Below are positions 20,872 through 28,853 of a stretch of 64,000 nucleotides of DNA, one piece after another. Position numbers and translations under genes: made by a program. Source of the stretch: an uncultured bacterium (GTDB lineage: Bacteria; Babelota; Babeliae; Babelales; Vermiphilaceae); assembly GCA_963707655.1 (NCBI GenBank), contig OY970172.1, positions 384,001 to 448,000 on the forward strand. Reading direction: 5' to 3'. The notes under the pieces are model-generated. The model was given only the letters and a program-made list of their open reading frames with translations, made no database searches and was not told the DNA's origin. How positions within the stretch are numbered: position 1 is the first letter of the stretch; each line of letters begins with the position of its first letter.

Positions 20872-21465
20872 CTATTTCCAGATGAGCGGCGCAATGTCGT
20901 CAACCGTTACGTTGTTATCCAAGCTCAACTCGCTATTGGTTACCCCTTTCCTGCCATTGTCCGGGCCAGTTTGCGGACGAACGCCGTCTTTATCAACGGT
21001 GATATACACGGTTTTGCCTGCAGTGAATTTATTATAAAAATCCGGCACTGGTGCCTTTTGTTCAAACCAAGTGCCGCCACCCTTTGACCTACAATTATTT
21101 TCAAACTCTTCTCTCAGAATTTTTTCTGAAACTTTGCTCAAAGGATCAATTGTCCATATAGCTAGATAAAAATCTCCTTGCAAATGAAAACCTCTTATCT
21201 GCCGGGATCCGCTATCCAACAGCGTAAGTAGGCGAACGTATGAGTTAACTTTCAGAGGCAGCCGACTACTCTTATCCAGACTAGCAAAAAGGCCTCTTTC
21301 ATAAGCCATGACCCATACAGGGCCACCAGTCTTATTGAGAACTTCTGCTGCGACATCTTCTTCCGTATGAATTTTTCTCTGCGCATCTCCATCAGCGCTC
21401 TGAGCCTGAAATGCTATGATTAATAGCATGCCGCGCACAATATTTTTTTCCCAATGCAGCTTCAT
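20872..21465 (-). CDS. Hypothetical secreted protein interrupting the array
   Basis: 197-aa ORF with AGGGGGGA RBS and signal-like N-terminus (AQSA); unrelated to the flanking paralogs. Confidence 0.7.
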   Translation of the reverse strand: MKLHWEKNIVRGMLLIIAFQAQSADGDAQRKIHTEEDVAAEVLNKTGGPVWVMAYERGLFASLDKSSRLPLKVNSYVRLLTLLDSGSRQIRGFHLQGDFYLAIWTIDPLSKVSEKILREEFENNCRSKGGGTWFEQKAPVPDFYNKFTAGKTVYITVDKDGVRPQTGPDNGRKGVTNSELSLDNNVTVDDIAPLIWK

Positions 21466-21641
21466 AGTACTTCCCCCCTTGCGCTCAATGCGTTATTACC
21501 TTTTCGATGGAGCAATGCTTGCCAATAATTTTTAAAAATGCCCATTTTCATAACTCAGTGTAGCAGCACAAAAATTCAAATTGCAATGAACCCATCGCGG
21601 CGAGTCCCCAATAATGGGTAAAGTATCCTTTACCGTCAGAC

Positions 21642-21687
21642 CTTGCAAAAATAGTAAAAGTCACTTACATTATCGGTAAGTTTTTTT
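21642..21687 (+). promoter_or_regulatory. Array element copy 5
   Basis: TTGCAA-N17-TACATT; aaaagtcact-N9-ggtaagtttt. Confidence 0.65.
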
Positions 21688-21720
21688 GATCGCCTACTAT
21701 ACTATTGGATCTATTCGAAA

Positions 21721-22122
21721 ATGATTAAAAATATGATGCTTTTTTCCCTCTCTCTTGCTGCTTCTGCCCATGCAATGACGGATAGCATAGATCTGCCCCA
21801 ATCTATAAAAGATGCATCTACGGTGACGGTAATTTTACAAAAACATTGGTTCTCGAGCGACACCGAAACGCAGATTGCCATCACCGACACAACCACCGTT
21901 GCACACGTATGCCATGCAGGAAAAAATCAATTAAATGCTCTGCGAACACAAAAAACAGATGATCAGCGTCGCCTTACCTACACACTTACTGCGCAATTCT
22001 ACTGCAATCCCACTGATGACATTCTTTCTGAATCACAAGAATTGCCAAAAAACCGTTTCATCAAAGAAATGATGAAAAAATATGACACAGATATTTTTGT
22101 CCTCTGCGAAAATCAAAGTTAA
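21721..22122 (+). CDS. Small secreted paralog 5
   Basis: Signal ending in AHAMTD; LPQSIKDASTVTVIL...IAITDTTTVAHV...YTLTA...IKEMMKKYDTDIFVL. Confidence 0.82.
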   Translation: MIKNMMLFSLSLAASAHAMTDSIDLPQSIKDASTVTVILQKHWFSSDTETQIAITDTTTVAHVCHAGKNQLNALRTQKTDDQRRLTYTLTAQFYCNPTDDILSESQELPKNRFIKEMMKKYDTDIFVLCENQS

Positions 22123-22140
22123 AAAACTGCTCGAAATAGA

Positions 22141-22170
22141 AAAAGGGAGCCGATAAAAGCTCCCTTCTTT
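22141..22170. terminator. Bidirectional intrinsic terminator
   Basis: aagggagc-loop-gctccctt between convergent genes. Confidence 0.7.
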
Positions 22171-22189
22171 ATCTCAAAAATTTCTAAGC

Positions 22190-22423
22190 TTAGTGCTTAC
22201 AATCTTTGCTACATGCCATGAAGAGCATGATCAAGCTAAAGACACCGGCAACGCCGATACAATAATAAATAGGATCAACAATGCTCATTGAAGTCATTGA
22301 ACCAAGTTTTTCAACAAGATTATGACCCAGCGGCTTTAATCCCCAGTTAATTGCCCCTAATGAAGCAAGCAACCAAGCAACCATAGCAACAATTTTCATG
22401 GCGCCATTGTGGTGATGAAACAT
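22190..22423 (-). CDS. DUF378-family small membrane protein
   Basis: LGAINWGL...NLV...IYYCIGVAG signature; ATG 22423 with AAGGAG RBS. Confidence 0.85.
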   Translation of the reverse strand: MFHHHNGAMKIVAMVAWLLASLGAINWGLKPLGHNLVEKLGSMTSMSIVDPIYYCIGVAGVFSLIMLFMACSKDCKH

Positions 22424-22693
22424 AACTATTCTCCTTCGTGAATAATTTGTAAAAAGATGAGACCTACTCTTCTTCTCATAACATAAAAAAAGAGTGGATT
22501 CAATGGTTCTGTGAGAATGTGCAGGGAGCATGCATGAAAAACTTATAAATAAGGCATTTTAATGATTCGTGCCAACTGTTTGCTCCCCGGTTCATTGACG
22601 CCCTATACATTTAATAGTCCAAAGTTGAAAAAAAGGTTCTTTTCCAGCACACTTATAGATACATAATCAATGTTGAAACAATAGGAATATCAA

Positions 22694-23806
22694 ATGACCA
22701 TTCAAGCCGGCCTGGTAGGATTGCCCAATGTGGGCAAATCAAGTTTATTTAATGCTCTAACCAAATCAAGTGTCCCTGCTGAAAATTACCCTTTCTGCAC
22801 GATTGACCCACACATGGCCATCACCTATGTACCCGATCAGCGCCTGGATGACATGCAAAGAATATACGGTTCAAAAAAGCATATTCCCGCTACGGTTAAT
22901 TTTGTTGATATCGCCGGCCTGGTCAAAGGAGCAGCTTCTGGTCAGGGTCTGGGCAACCAGTTCTTGAGCCACATTCGTGAAGTGGACCTCATTTTACACG
23001 TATTGCGCTGCTTTGAAGATAGCAACATTCTCCACTCAGGCGACACGATTGACCCCATCTCCGATTATGAGATTATTATTGCCGAACTGATGCTCAAAGA
23101 TCTTGAATCGGTAGAAAAACGATTACAAAAGATGGAAAAATTGATCAAAACAAGCGCAAGCAAGCCGGCAGAAAAAAAAGAGCTGGAAGCAGAAGAAATA
23201 ATATTAAAAAAACTTATGCCCGCTTTAAATGCTGCTGATCTCAAGGCGGTACACACGCTCACTAAAAATGCGCCAAGCACCCTGATCCCTCTATTGTCGG
23301 CAAAAAACTTTCTTGTTATAGCCAATGTTGCCGAAGACGAGCTTGAAAATGATGGCTACAAGAACAATAAGCATTATCAAAAATTAGTGCAGCACTTTGG
23401 CGCCGATCGCGTAATTGCCGTATGCGCAAAGGTTGAATATGAACTCTCACAATTAAATCCTGAAGAAGCACAAGAGATGATGGGATTGCTCGGTATACAA
23501 GAACGCAGCCTTGATCGCATCATTCAAGAAACCTATAATCATCTGGGCCTTATCACCTTTTTTACCTGCGGTCCGCAAGAAGCTCATGCCTGGCCAATAA
23601 AAAAGGGTATTACTATTCGTAAAGCGGCAGGTGAAATCCATTCCGATCTTGAGCGTGGCTTTATCTGCGCAGAAATCTTTAACTGCAACGATCTTATCAA
23701 AGCAGGCAGCGAGGCAAAGCTCAAAGACACCGGCAAGATGCGCACCGAGGGCCAAGATTATGTGGTACAAGATGGTGACGTGGTTCATATTAAATTTAAT
23801 GTATGA
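22694..23806 (+). CDS. ychF: Ribosome-binding ATPase YchF
   Basis: GLPNVGKS, NYPFCTIDP, DIAGLVKGA, IHSDLERGFI, C-terminal KFNV. Confidence 0.98.
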   Translation: MTIQAGLVGLPNVGKSSLFNALTKSSVPAENYPFCTIDPHMAITYVPDQRLDDMQRIYGSKKHIPATVNFVDIAGLVKGAASGQGLGNQFLSHIREVDLILHVLRCFEDSNILHSGDTIDPISDYEIIIAELMLKDLESVEKRLQKMEKLIKTSASKPAEKKELEAEEIILKKLMPALNAADLKAVHTLTKNAPSTLIPLLSAKNFLVIANVAEDELENDGYKNNKHYQKLVQHFGADRVIAVCAKVEYELSQLNPEEAQEMMGLLGIQERSLDRIIQETYNHLGLITFFTCGPQEAHAWPIKKGITIRKAAGEIHSDLERGFICAEIFNCNDLIKAGSEAKLKDTGKMRTEGQDYVVQDGDVVHIKFNV

Positions 23807-23834
23807 TTTTCGCTCACGAAGATATGGGGATAGT

Positions 23835-24392
23835 ATGACTATACAGCAAGCTCTGCATCTCTCTTTGTATCTTGGCTTAATAATACCGGCTATTAATTTC
23901 CCCATGGCGTCACCCGATTATCAAAGTCAAATTGTTCATTGTTGGAAAAAAACCGATCTGAGGGATGCGGTAAAAGATGATATAGTGGTGCGGGATAATA
24001 CCATAGAAATATTAACTTACCTCACACAAGTCAGTTCACCTTTCAAATGGATCGATGCGGATCAAAATGATTTTATTGATTTTCTTTATAAACAATTAAA
24101 CACAGATGAACAGACAAAAAAGCGTGATGCACCTTTAATGCTACCCTTGCCTCAGGATGCGCCACTTCAAGCACAAAGAGAACGCAAGCAAAGAATCAGC
24201 GATTTTATTCTCAGCCTCTACGGTGAGCTCCAGGTAAAACGCTCTTTGGAGAAGCATGATCAGTATTTGAAAAAACAAATGGCTGCGGAACAACTGACAC
24301 AATTCAAAACGTACAAAAAGGGAAGATTTATCTTGTATGTACGGCAACCGGTAGAGCCCTCTGAAAAAACTATCTCTGCCGACAGCAACTGA
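23835..24392 (+). CDS. Hypothetical protein, possibly exported
   Basis: In-frame ATG after GGGGA RBS just past ychF; hydrophobic N-terminus. The longer 23631 start overlaps ychF. Confidence 0.65.
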   Translation: MTIQQALHLSLYLGLIIPAINFPMASPDYQSQIVHCWKKTDLRDAVKDDIVVRDNTIEILTYLTQVSSPFKWIDADQNDFIDFLYKQLNTDEQTKKRDAPLMLPLPQDAPLQAQRERKQRISDFILSLYGELQVKRSLEKHDQYLKKQMAAEQLTQFKTYKKGRFILYVRQPVEPSEKTISADSN

Positions 24393-24492
24393 GAATAGTA
24401 CAAAGAAAATCCCGCTACTTTGCATACAACAATACAAAATAACGGGATATTTTTATGCCATCATCGCCACAGTACGTTCTGGCAAGATACTA

Positions 24493-24753
24493 TTACTTAA
24501 TTTTATAAGAAGAAGCATCCTCCACTTGGCCTTCACGATCATGTTCTTTTTCTTCTTGGCGCTCAAGCTCTGCCTTACGATCTTTTTCTCCCTGGCTTTC
24601 ACGACGCCTTTCACTATCTATCTTTTCTTGTGCTTCTTGTCTGTCGGTGTAACCACCACGATTTGTTCCTGCACCGTTGTTACTATAGGCATACACTGGG
24701 GAAGCGCTGAGCAAAAATGCAATACCAAATACTATCGGTTTACTCATCTTCAT
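24493..24753 (-). CDS. Small secreted highly charged protein
   Basis: Signal peptide (SPVYA) followed by an E/R/K-rich helix. Confidence 0.75.
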   Translation of the reverse strand: MKMSKPIVFGIAFLLSASPVYAYSNNGAGTNRGGYTDRQEAQEKIDSERRRESQGEKDRKAELERQEEKEHDREGQVEDASSYKIK

Positions 24754-24851
24754 AATTATTCCCCTCTCTCATTTTTATTAACACCCATTTGGCCATAAAA
24801 AAACTCCCCGCCTTTCAAAGGCCGAGAATGAATGAGCCAACTCATTGTAAT

Positions 24852-24876
24852 AAAAACGGGGGCTTTTAAGCCCCCG
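24852..24876 (-). terminator. Intrinsic terminator
   Basis: cgggggctt/aagcccccg stem with a T-run on the minus strand. Confidence 0.75.
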
Positions 24877-24881
24877 CATAG

Positions 24882-25283
24882 TTACTTAGAATTAATGGTA
24901 TAGCCACCATCAAGTATTCTTGCATTGGTGTTAGCTGGATAACCTACTTGTGCCGGAGTACCTGTCTGGTATCCTGTAGGCTGTTGATATCCGGTAGGGG
25001 CATGAAGATGACCGTTACCGGCCTGATAACCTACTTGTGCTTGGGTACCATTACCAGCTTGATAACCTACTTGGGCTTGGCTACCTCGCACAGGAAGAGC
25101 ATGCATTTCTCCCTCATGGTAAGGCTGGCTACGCATTTCTCCCTCATAGTAAGGCTGGCTATGCATTTCGCCTTCATGGTAAGGAAGAGTTCGTACTCTG
25201 CCCTCATCTAAACCTACTGCTGCCAATATAGGCGCAGACATTAATAAAGCTACCGCTATTAAAGCTTTTTTATTCATCTTCAT
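24882..25283 (-). CDS. Small secreted repeat protein
   Basis: Signal peptide; PY(H/Y)EGEM x3 (30-bp unit 25101-25184) and QAQVGYQAGNG x2 (36-bp unit 25011-25082); AAGGAG RBS. Confidence 0.8.
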   Translation of the reverse strand: MKMNKKALIAVALLMSAPILAAVGLDEGRVRTLPYHEGEMHSQPYYEGEMRSQPYHEGEMHALPVRGSQAQVGYQAGNGTQAQVGYQAGNGHLHAPTGYQQPTGYQTGTPAQVGYPANTNARILDGGYTINSK

Positions 25284-25347
25284 AAACTATTCTCCTTTTT
25301 TATATATCACTATCGGTCTCTTAAAAAATCAAAATCTTTATAAACAC

Positions 25348-25698
25348 TCAATCCTTTTTTAATGCAGGCTCGCCCGCAAAGAATATATATCGCCGCGCTG
25401 CACCCGGCATAGCCATATCTTCATTTTTCAAGTAATACGCACCCACATAATTGGTAAACATAAGGTGTGGCGGCGTACCCGTTGCAGAAACTTTTTCACC
25501 ATACACGGGAGAAATAACGGTGCCATCGGAACAGATGATTGCACTATCTTTGATCGGTTGCCCTGCCTGCAAAGAGATAAAATCCTCTTTACCCACAAAA
25601 AAGCATTCCCGCCCATCTTTTACCCCACCTGCCGTATTCAGGAGCAAAATTAGGCTGTTTAGTACAAAAAACTTTCCTGCGCTACTTGAATTAACCAT
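25348..25698 (-). CDS. Hypothetical protein
   Basis: 116-aa ORF with a hydrophobic N-terminal segment; no recognisable family. Confidence 0.5.
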   Translation of the reverse strand: MVNSSSAGKFFVLNSLILLLNTAGGVKDGRECFFVGKEDFISLQAGQPIKDSAIICSDGTVISPVYGEKVSATGTPPHLMFTNYVGAYYLKNEDMAMPGAARRYIFFAGEPALKKD

Positions 25699-25811
25699 AT
25701 CCCATTCCCCACATATCTTCTATCTACCCTTATAATAATACAAAGTGAATTTAAAAAACAAGCATTTTGTGTTTGAAATCAAGCATATTTTTTATCAAAT
25801 ATCGGGAAATA

Positions 25812-25820
25812 TGGTATACT
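25812..25820 (+). promoter_or_regulatory. Extended -10 promoter candidate for hspR-htpX
   Basis: TG-G-TATACT. Confidence 0.4.
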
Positions 25821-25884
25821 ATCTTATAAATAAAGAATAGGGTATAGTTACTTGAAACTAATGAGTTTTTTGGTGGGTCACAAT

Positions 25885-26018
25885 GAAGCGCCCAACGGGT
25901 TTAAATCCGTTGTGTTGCGCGTAATTCTTCGAAGCCAACCCTACTACGCTAAAGCTTCGAAGGGTTCTAATTGCCGATTCATCCCCGAGACAAAATGTTT
26001 CGGGGGGTCTGGCGAAGT
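25885..26018 (+). repeat. Multi-hairpin palindromic element upstream of hspR (REP/MITE-like or cis-RNA)
   Basis: Stems caacggg/tccgttg, cttcgaagc/gcttcgaag and ccccgagaca/tgtttcgggg; GC-richer than its flanks. Confidence 0.5.
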
Positions 26019-26044
26019 AGAACAATAACTATGAGTGTAAAACT

Positions 26045-26530
26045 ATGAAAAGAAAAAAAGGTTTTTTTTCCATATCTGCAGTGGCAAAAATGTTTTCTGT
26101 ACATCAGCAAACAATTCGTCTGTATGAAAAAGAGGGATTGATCACTCCCAAAAGATCTGAGGGTAATACCCGTCTTTTCTCGGATGAAGATGTAGAAAGG
26201 CTCGAGGAAATCATGTATCTAACTCACCAACTGGGTATCAACCTTGCCGGGGTTGAAATGATTTTTAAGCTCAAAAAACAGATTAAAAAAATGCAAAAAA
26301 ATATGAATAGACTCTTTGATGAAACGCAGCAAGAGCTTGATAAAGAAGCAGAAATCCCGCAACAAGCGGTAAAAAATAGCGCCCGCACCTTACTAAAAAT
26401 TAAGCACGAGCGGGTAATGCCCGGCGAGACGGCACATAGAGAGTTGTTGCCGGCACCGGAAAAGAGTACAACGAAGCAACAAAACAATTTCTCCCTAGAG
26501 AACTGGGAAGTCGAATATGATGAAGATTAG
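26045..26530 (+). CDS. hspR: MerR-family HspR-like heat-shock repressor
   Basis: FSISAVAKMFSVHQQTIRLYEKEGLITPKRSEGNTRLFS...LGINLAGVEMI, the HspR-type HTH pattern. Confidence 0.8.
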   Translation: MKRKKGFFSISAVAKMFSVHQQTIRLYEKEGLITPKRSEGNTRLFSDEDVERLEEIMYLTHQLGINLAGVEMIFKLKKQIKKMQKNMNRLFDETQQELDKEAEIPQQAVKNSARTLLKIKHERVMPGETAHRELLPAPEKSTTKQQNNFSLENWEVEYDED

Positions 26531-26579
26531 AATTTTTGAGATTTTTTTACTATAGCTCTCATGACAGGAGGCATTGACC

Positions 26580-27443
26580 ATGTTCGCAAATTATTTTAAA
26601 ACCACCCTACTTCTTGGCGCATTGAGTGGATTATTGGTAGCGACCGGATCATTACTGGGCGGAACGCACGGGCTAACCATTGCTCTGTGGATGGCAGCGG
26701 TGATCAATGGCATAGCATATTTTTTTTCGGACCGTATCGTTCTTGGTATGTATGGCGCGCAAAAACTTGATGCCGACTCTTATCCCCACCTCTATAGCAC
26801 GGTAGAAGAATTGTGTGGCATTATGCAACTCCCCTTGCCAAAATTGTGGATCGTAAATACCCCAATGGCAAATGCTTTTGCAACGGGCCGCTCTCCGCGC
26901 CATGCCTCAATAGCAGTTACCCGGGGCATTTTAGAAATTCTTGATGCCGATGAATTGCGCGGCGTTTTAGCACATGAACTGGCCCACATTAAAAATCGCG
27001 ATATTTTAATCGGCACCGTTGCCGCCATGATCGCCTCGGCTATAGGCTATCTGGGAAGTATGGCGCGCCATTCATTGTTTTGGGGATCATCCAATAAAAA
27101 GCAGAACAACAATACTGCGGTGACTTTAATAGTGGCAATTTTTGTTCCCCTCGCCGCTACATTGATGCAACTGGCAGTTTCACGCTCACGCGAATATGCA
27201 GCAGATGAAACGGGCGCACATTCATGCCATGATCCGTTGGCATTAGCCTCCGCTCTTGAAAAACTGCACCGGCACACCGCGCATACCCATGCATATGCAA
27301 AAAACGAAGCGCATGCAAGCAGCGCGGCCCTCTTCATTGTGCACCCGTTGAGTTGTAACACAGTACGCTCATTATTTGCTACCCATCCTCCATTGGAAAA
27401 GCGAATAGAGCGCCTGCATCAAATGCACAGAAAAATGTTTTAA
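26580..27443 (+). CDS. htpX: Zinc metalloprotease HtpX (M48)
   Basis: NAFATGR, HELAH, SRSREYAAD, FATHPPLEKRI; AGGAGG RBS. Confidence 0.95.
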   Translation: MFANYFKTTLLLGALSGLLVATGSLLGGTHGLTIALWMAAVINGIAYFFSDRIVLGMYGAQKLDADSYPHLYSTVEELCGIMQLPLPKLWIVNTPMANAFATGRSPRHASIAVTRGILEILDADELRGVLAHELAHIKNRDILIGTVAAMIASAIGYLGSMARHSLFWGSSNKKQNNNTAVTLIVAIFVPLAATLMQLAVSRSREYAADETGAHSCHDPLALASALEKLHRHTAHTHAYAKNEAHASSAALFIVHPLSCNTVRSLFATHPPLEKRIERLHQMHRKMF

Positions 27444-27511
27444 TCGGCAACAAAAAAATGCAACGCTTATAAAAAGTTATAAACAGCACATGGCGACAAA
27501 GGAGAAAATAA

Positions 27512-27985
27512 ATGGACCACGATTCATTCAACAATGACGAAGCAGAAAACAATCAATTTATTATCTCGTATGAACTGGTTGCTTTACTGCGATGGCTCAT
27601 TGAAAATGATACTGATAAATTTAAAAAAATAATTACCAAATCATATTCAGCGGGTCTCAAAGACGACATTCATCGCATTCAAAACAAACAGGAAGAGGTA
27701 ACCATAGAAGATATTCATTTTACCATTCTAGAATTTTTGAGTCTGCTTGATTCATTAATTCATGAAACTATAAATGAAAAAGTTGTACAACGCGCCGTTG
27801 AAAAAAATTTGATGCCGACCATCGAACACATCGATTCAAAAATTTTTGACGACGCTACTGTCCGCTCAAGCGTTGAGCGAGCAACAGCAAGCAATGATAA
27901 ACATCCACACGAAAACCCTCATACGGTCCTCTATAAAGAGCTGCTCAAGCGATGGAAGCCAAATAAAAAAATGGTAATCAATTAA
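27512..27985 (+). CDS. Hypothetical helical protein
   Basis: 157-aa ORF with AAGGAG RBS and a downstream terminator. Confidence 0.8.
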   Translation: MDHDSFNNDEAENNQFIISYELVALLRWLIENDTDKFKKIITKSYSAGLKDDIHRIQNKQEEVTIEDIHFTILEFLSLLDSLIHETINEKVVQRAVEKNLMPTIEHIDSKIFDDATVRSSVERATASNDKHPHENPHTVLYKELLKRWKPNKKMVIN

Positions 27986-27990
27986 AAATA

Positions 27991-28024
27991 AAAAAAGCCC
28001 TGTGCAAAAACGCAGGGCTTTTTT
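27991..28024. terminator. Bidirectional intrinsic terminator
   Basis: aaaaaagccctg...cagggctttttt. Confidence 0.85.
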
Positions 28025-28044
28025 ATTGCGATAGGTAAAAAAAT

Positions 28045-28680
28045 TTATTCTCTGCATCCATGCAAGAGATGATTAAAAAATCCCAATTGAGCGAGTGCTT
28101 CACGCACTTCGAACAATGGCAATCCCATCACCGTAGTATATGAACCATCGATTTTTTTTAGAAATTGTGCGCCAAAGAGCTCAATGGCGACTGCGCCGGA
28201 ACTGGTCAATGCCGGTGCTTTTTCAAGATATATATCGATCCACGCATCAGGAACATCAAAAACATACCGGGCCGTAACTACCTGCTCAATGCGCGCATCT
28301 TTGTGCCACCGGCCGTCACGATATACTTTACGCTCAAGGCAAAAAGCTGTTGCCAGTGTTATTTCATGATCTCTATTCAATGTTATTTTTGCAATCGCAT
28401 CTTCACGATCAATCGGCTTTCCATTTAATCTGCCATTGATATCATTTGACAGCGTATCGGCGGTAAGTACAAAGCAGCAATCACCCTGCGCGCTCTGCGG
28501 CAAAACAACATGATCCATTTTATATGCAGCGATCGCGGCTACTGCTTGGTTAAGTGGCAAATTCCAGTCACACAGTGCTTCATCAGCATCTTGATTGGCT
28601 AAAACAAACGGAATCTGCGCCTCACGCAGCAACACCTGACGAGATTGAGATTTTGAGCCGAGAAAAAGAGTATGTTCCAT
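28045..28680 (-). CDS. maf: Maf-family nucleoside triphosphate pyrophosphatase
   Basis: LGSKSQSR, TADT, KPID, IDGSYTTVMGLPL. Confidence 0.9.
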   Translation of the reverse strand: MEHTLFLGSKSQSRQVLLREAQIPFVLANQDADEALCDWNLPLNQAVAAIAAYKMDHVVLPQSAQGDCCFVLTADTLSNDINGRLNGKPIDREDAIAKITLNRDHEITLATAFCLERKVYRDGRWHKDARIEQVVTARYVFDVPDAWIDIYLEKAPALTSSGAVAIELFGAQFLKKIDGSYTTVMGLPLFEVREALAQLGFFNHLLHGCRE

Positions 28681-28853
28681 AAAAAATCCTATGTTTTCTA
28701 GATATGTAAGCACCGCATACTGCTGCTACATCTAGTATACCGCCTTATCTAGTGCTGTCTTGCATGTCTGTAAATTTTTTCATTATTCTCATTGATTTTT
28801 TTGAAAAACTCTTGCTAGCATAAAAAAGCTTATTATAATCGCCGATTATTTAC

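Noticed and set aside
18639..21687. Integron attC sites or a CRISPR array
   Set aside because: No RYYYAAC/GTTRRRY cores, integrase or cas genes; the repeats are promoter-shaped and separated by whole genes
23631..23834. N-terminal extension of the ORF after ychF
   Set aside because: Overlaps the conserved ychF C-terminus; ATG 23835 with RBS is more plausible
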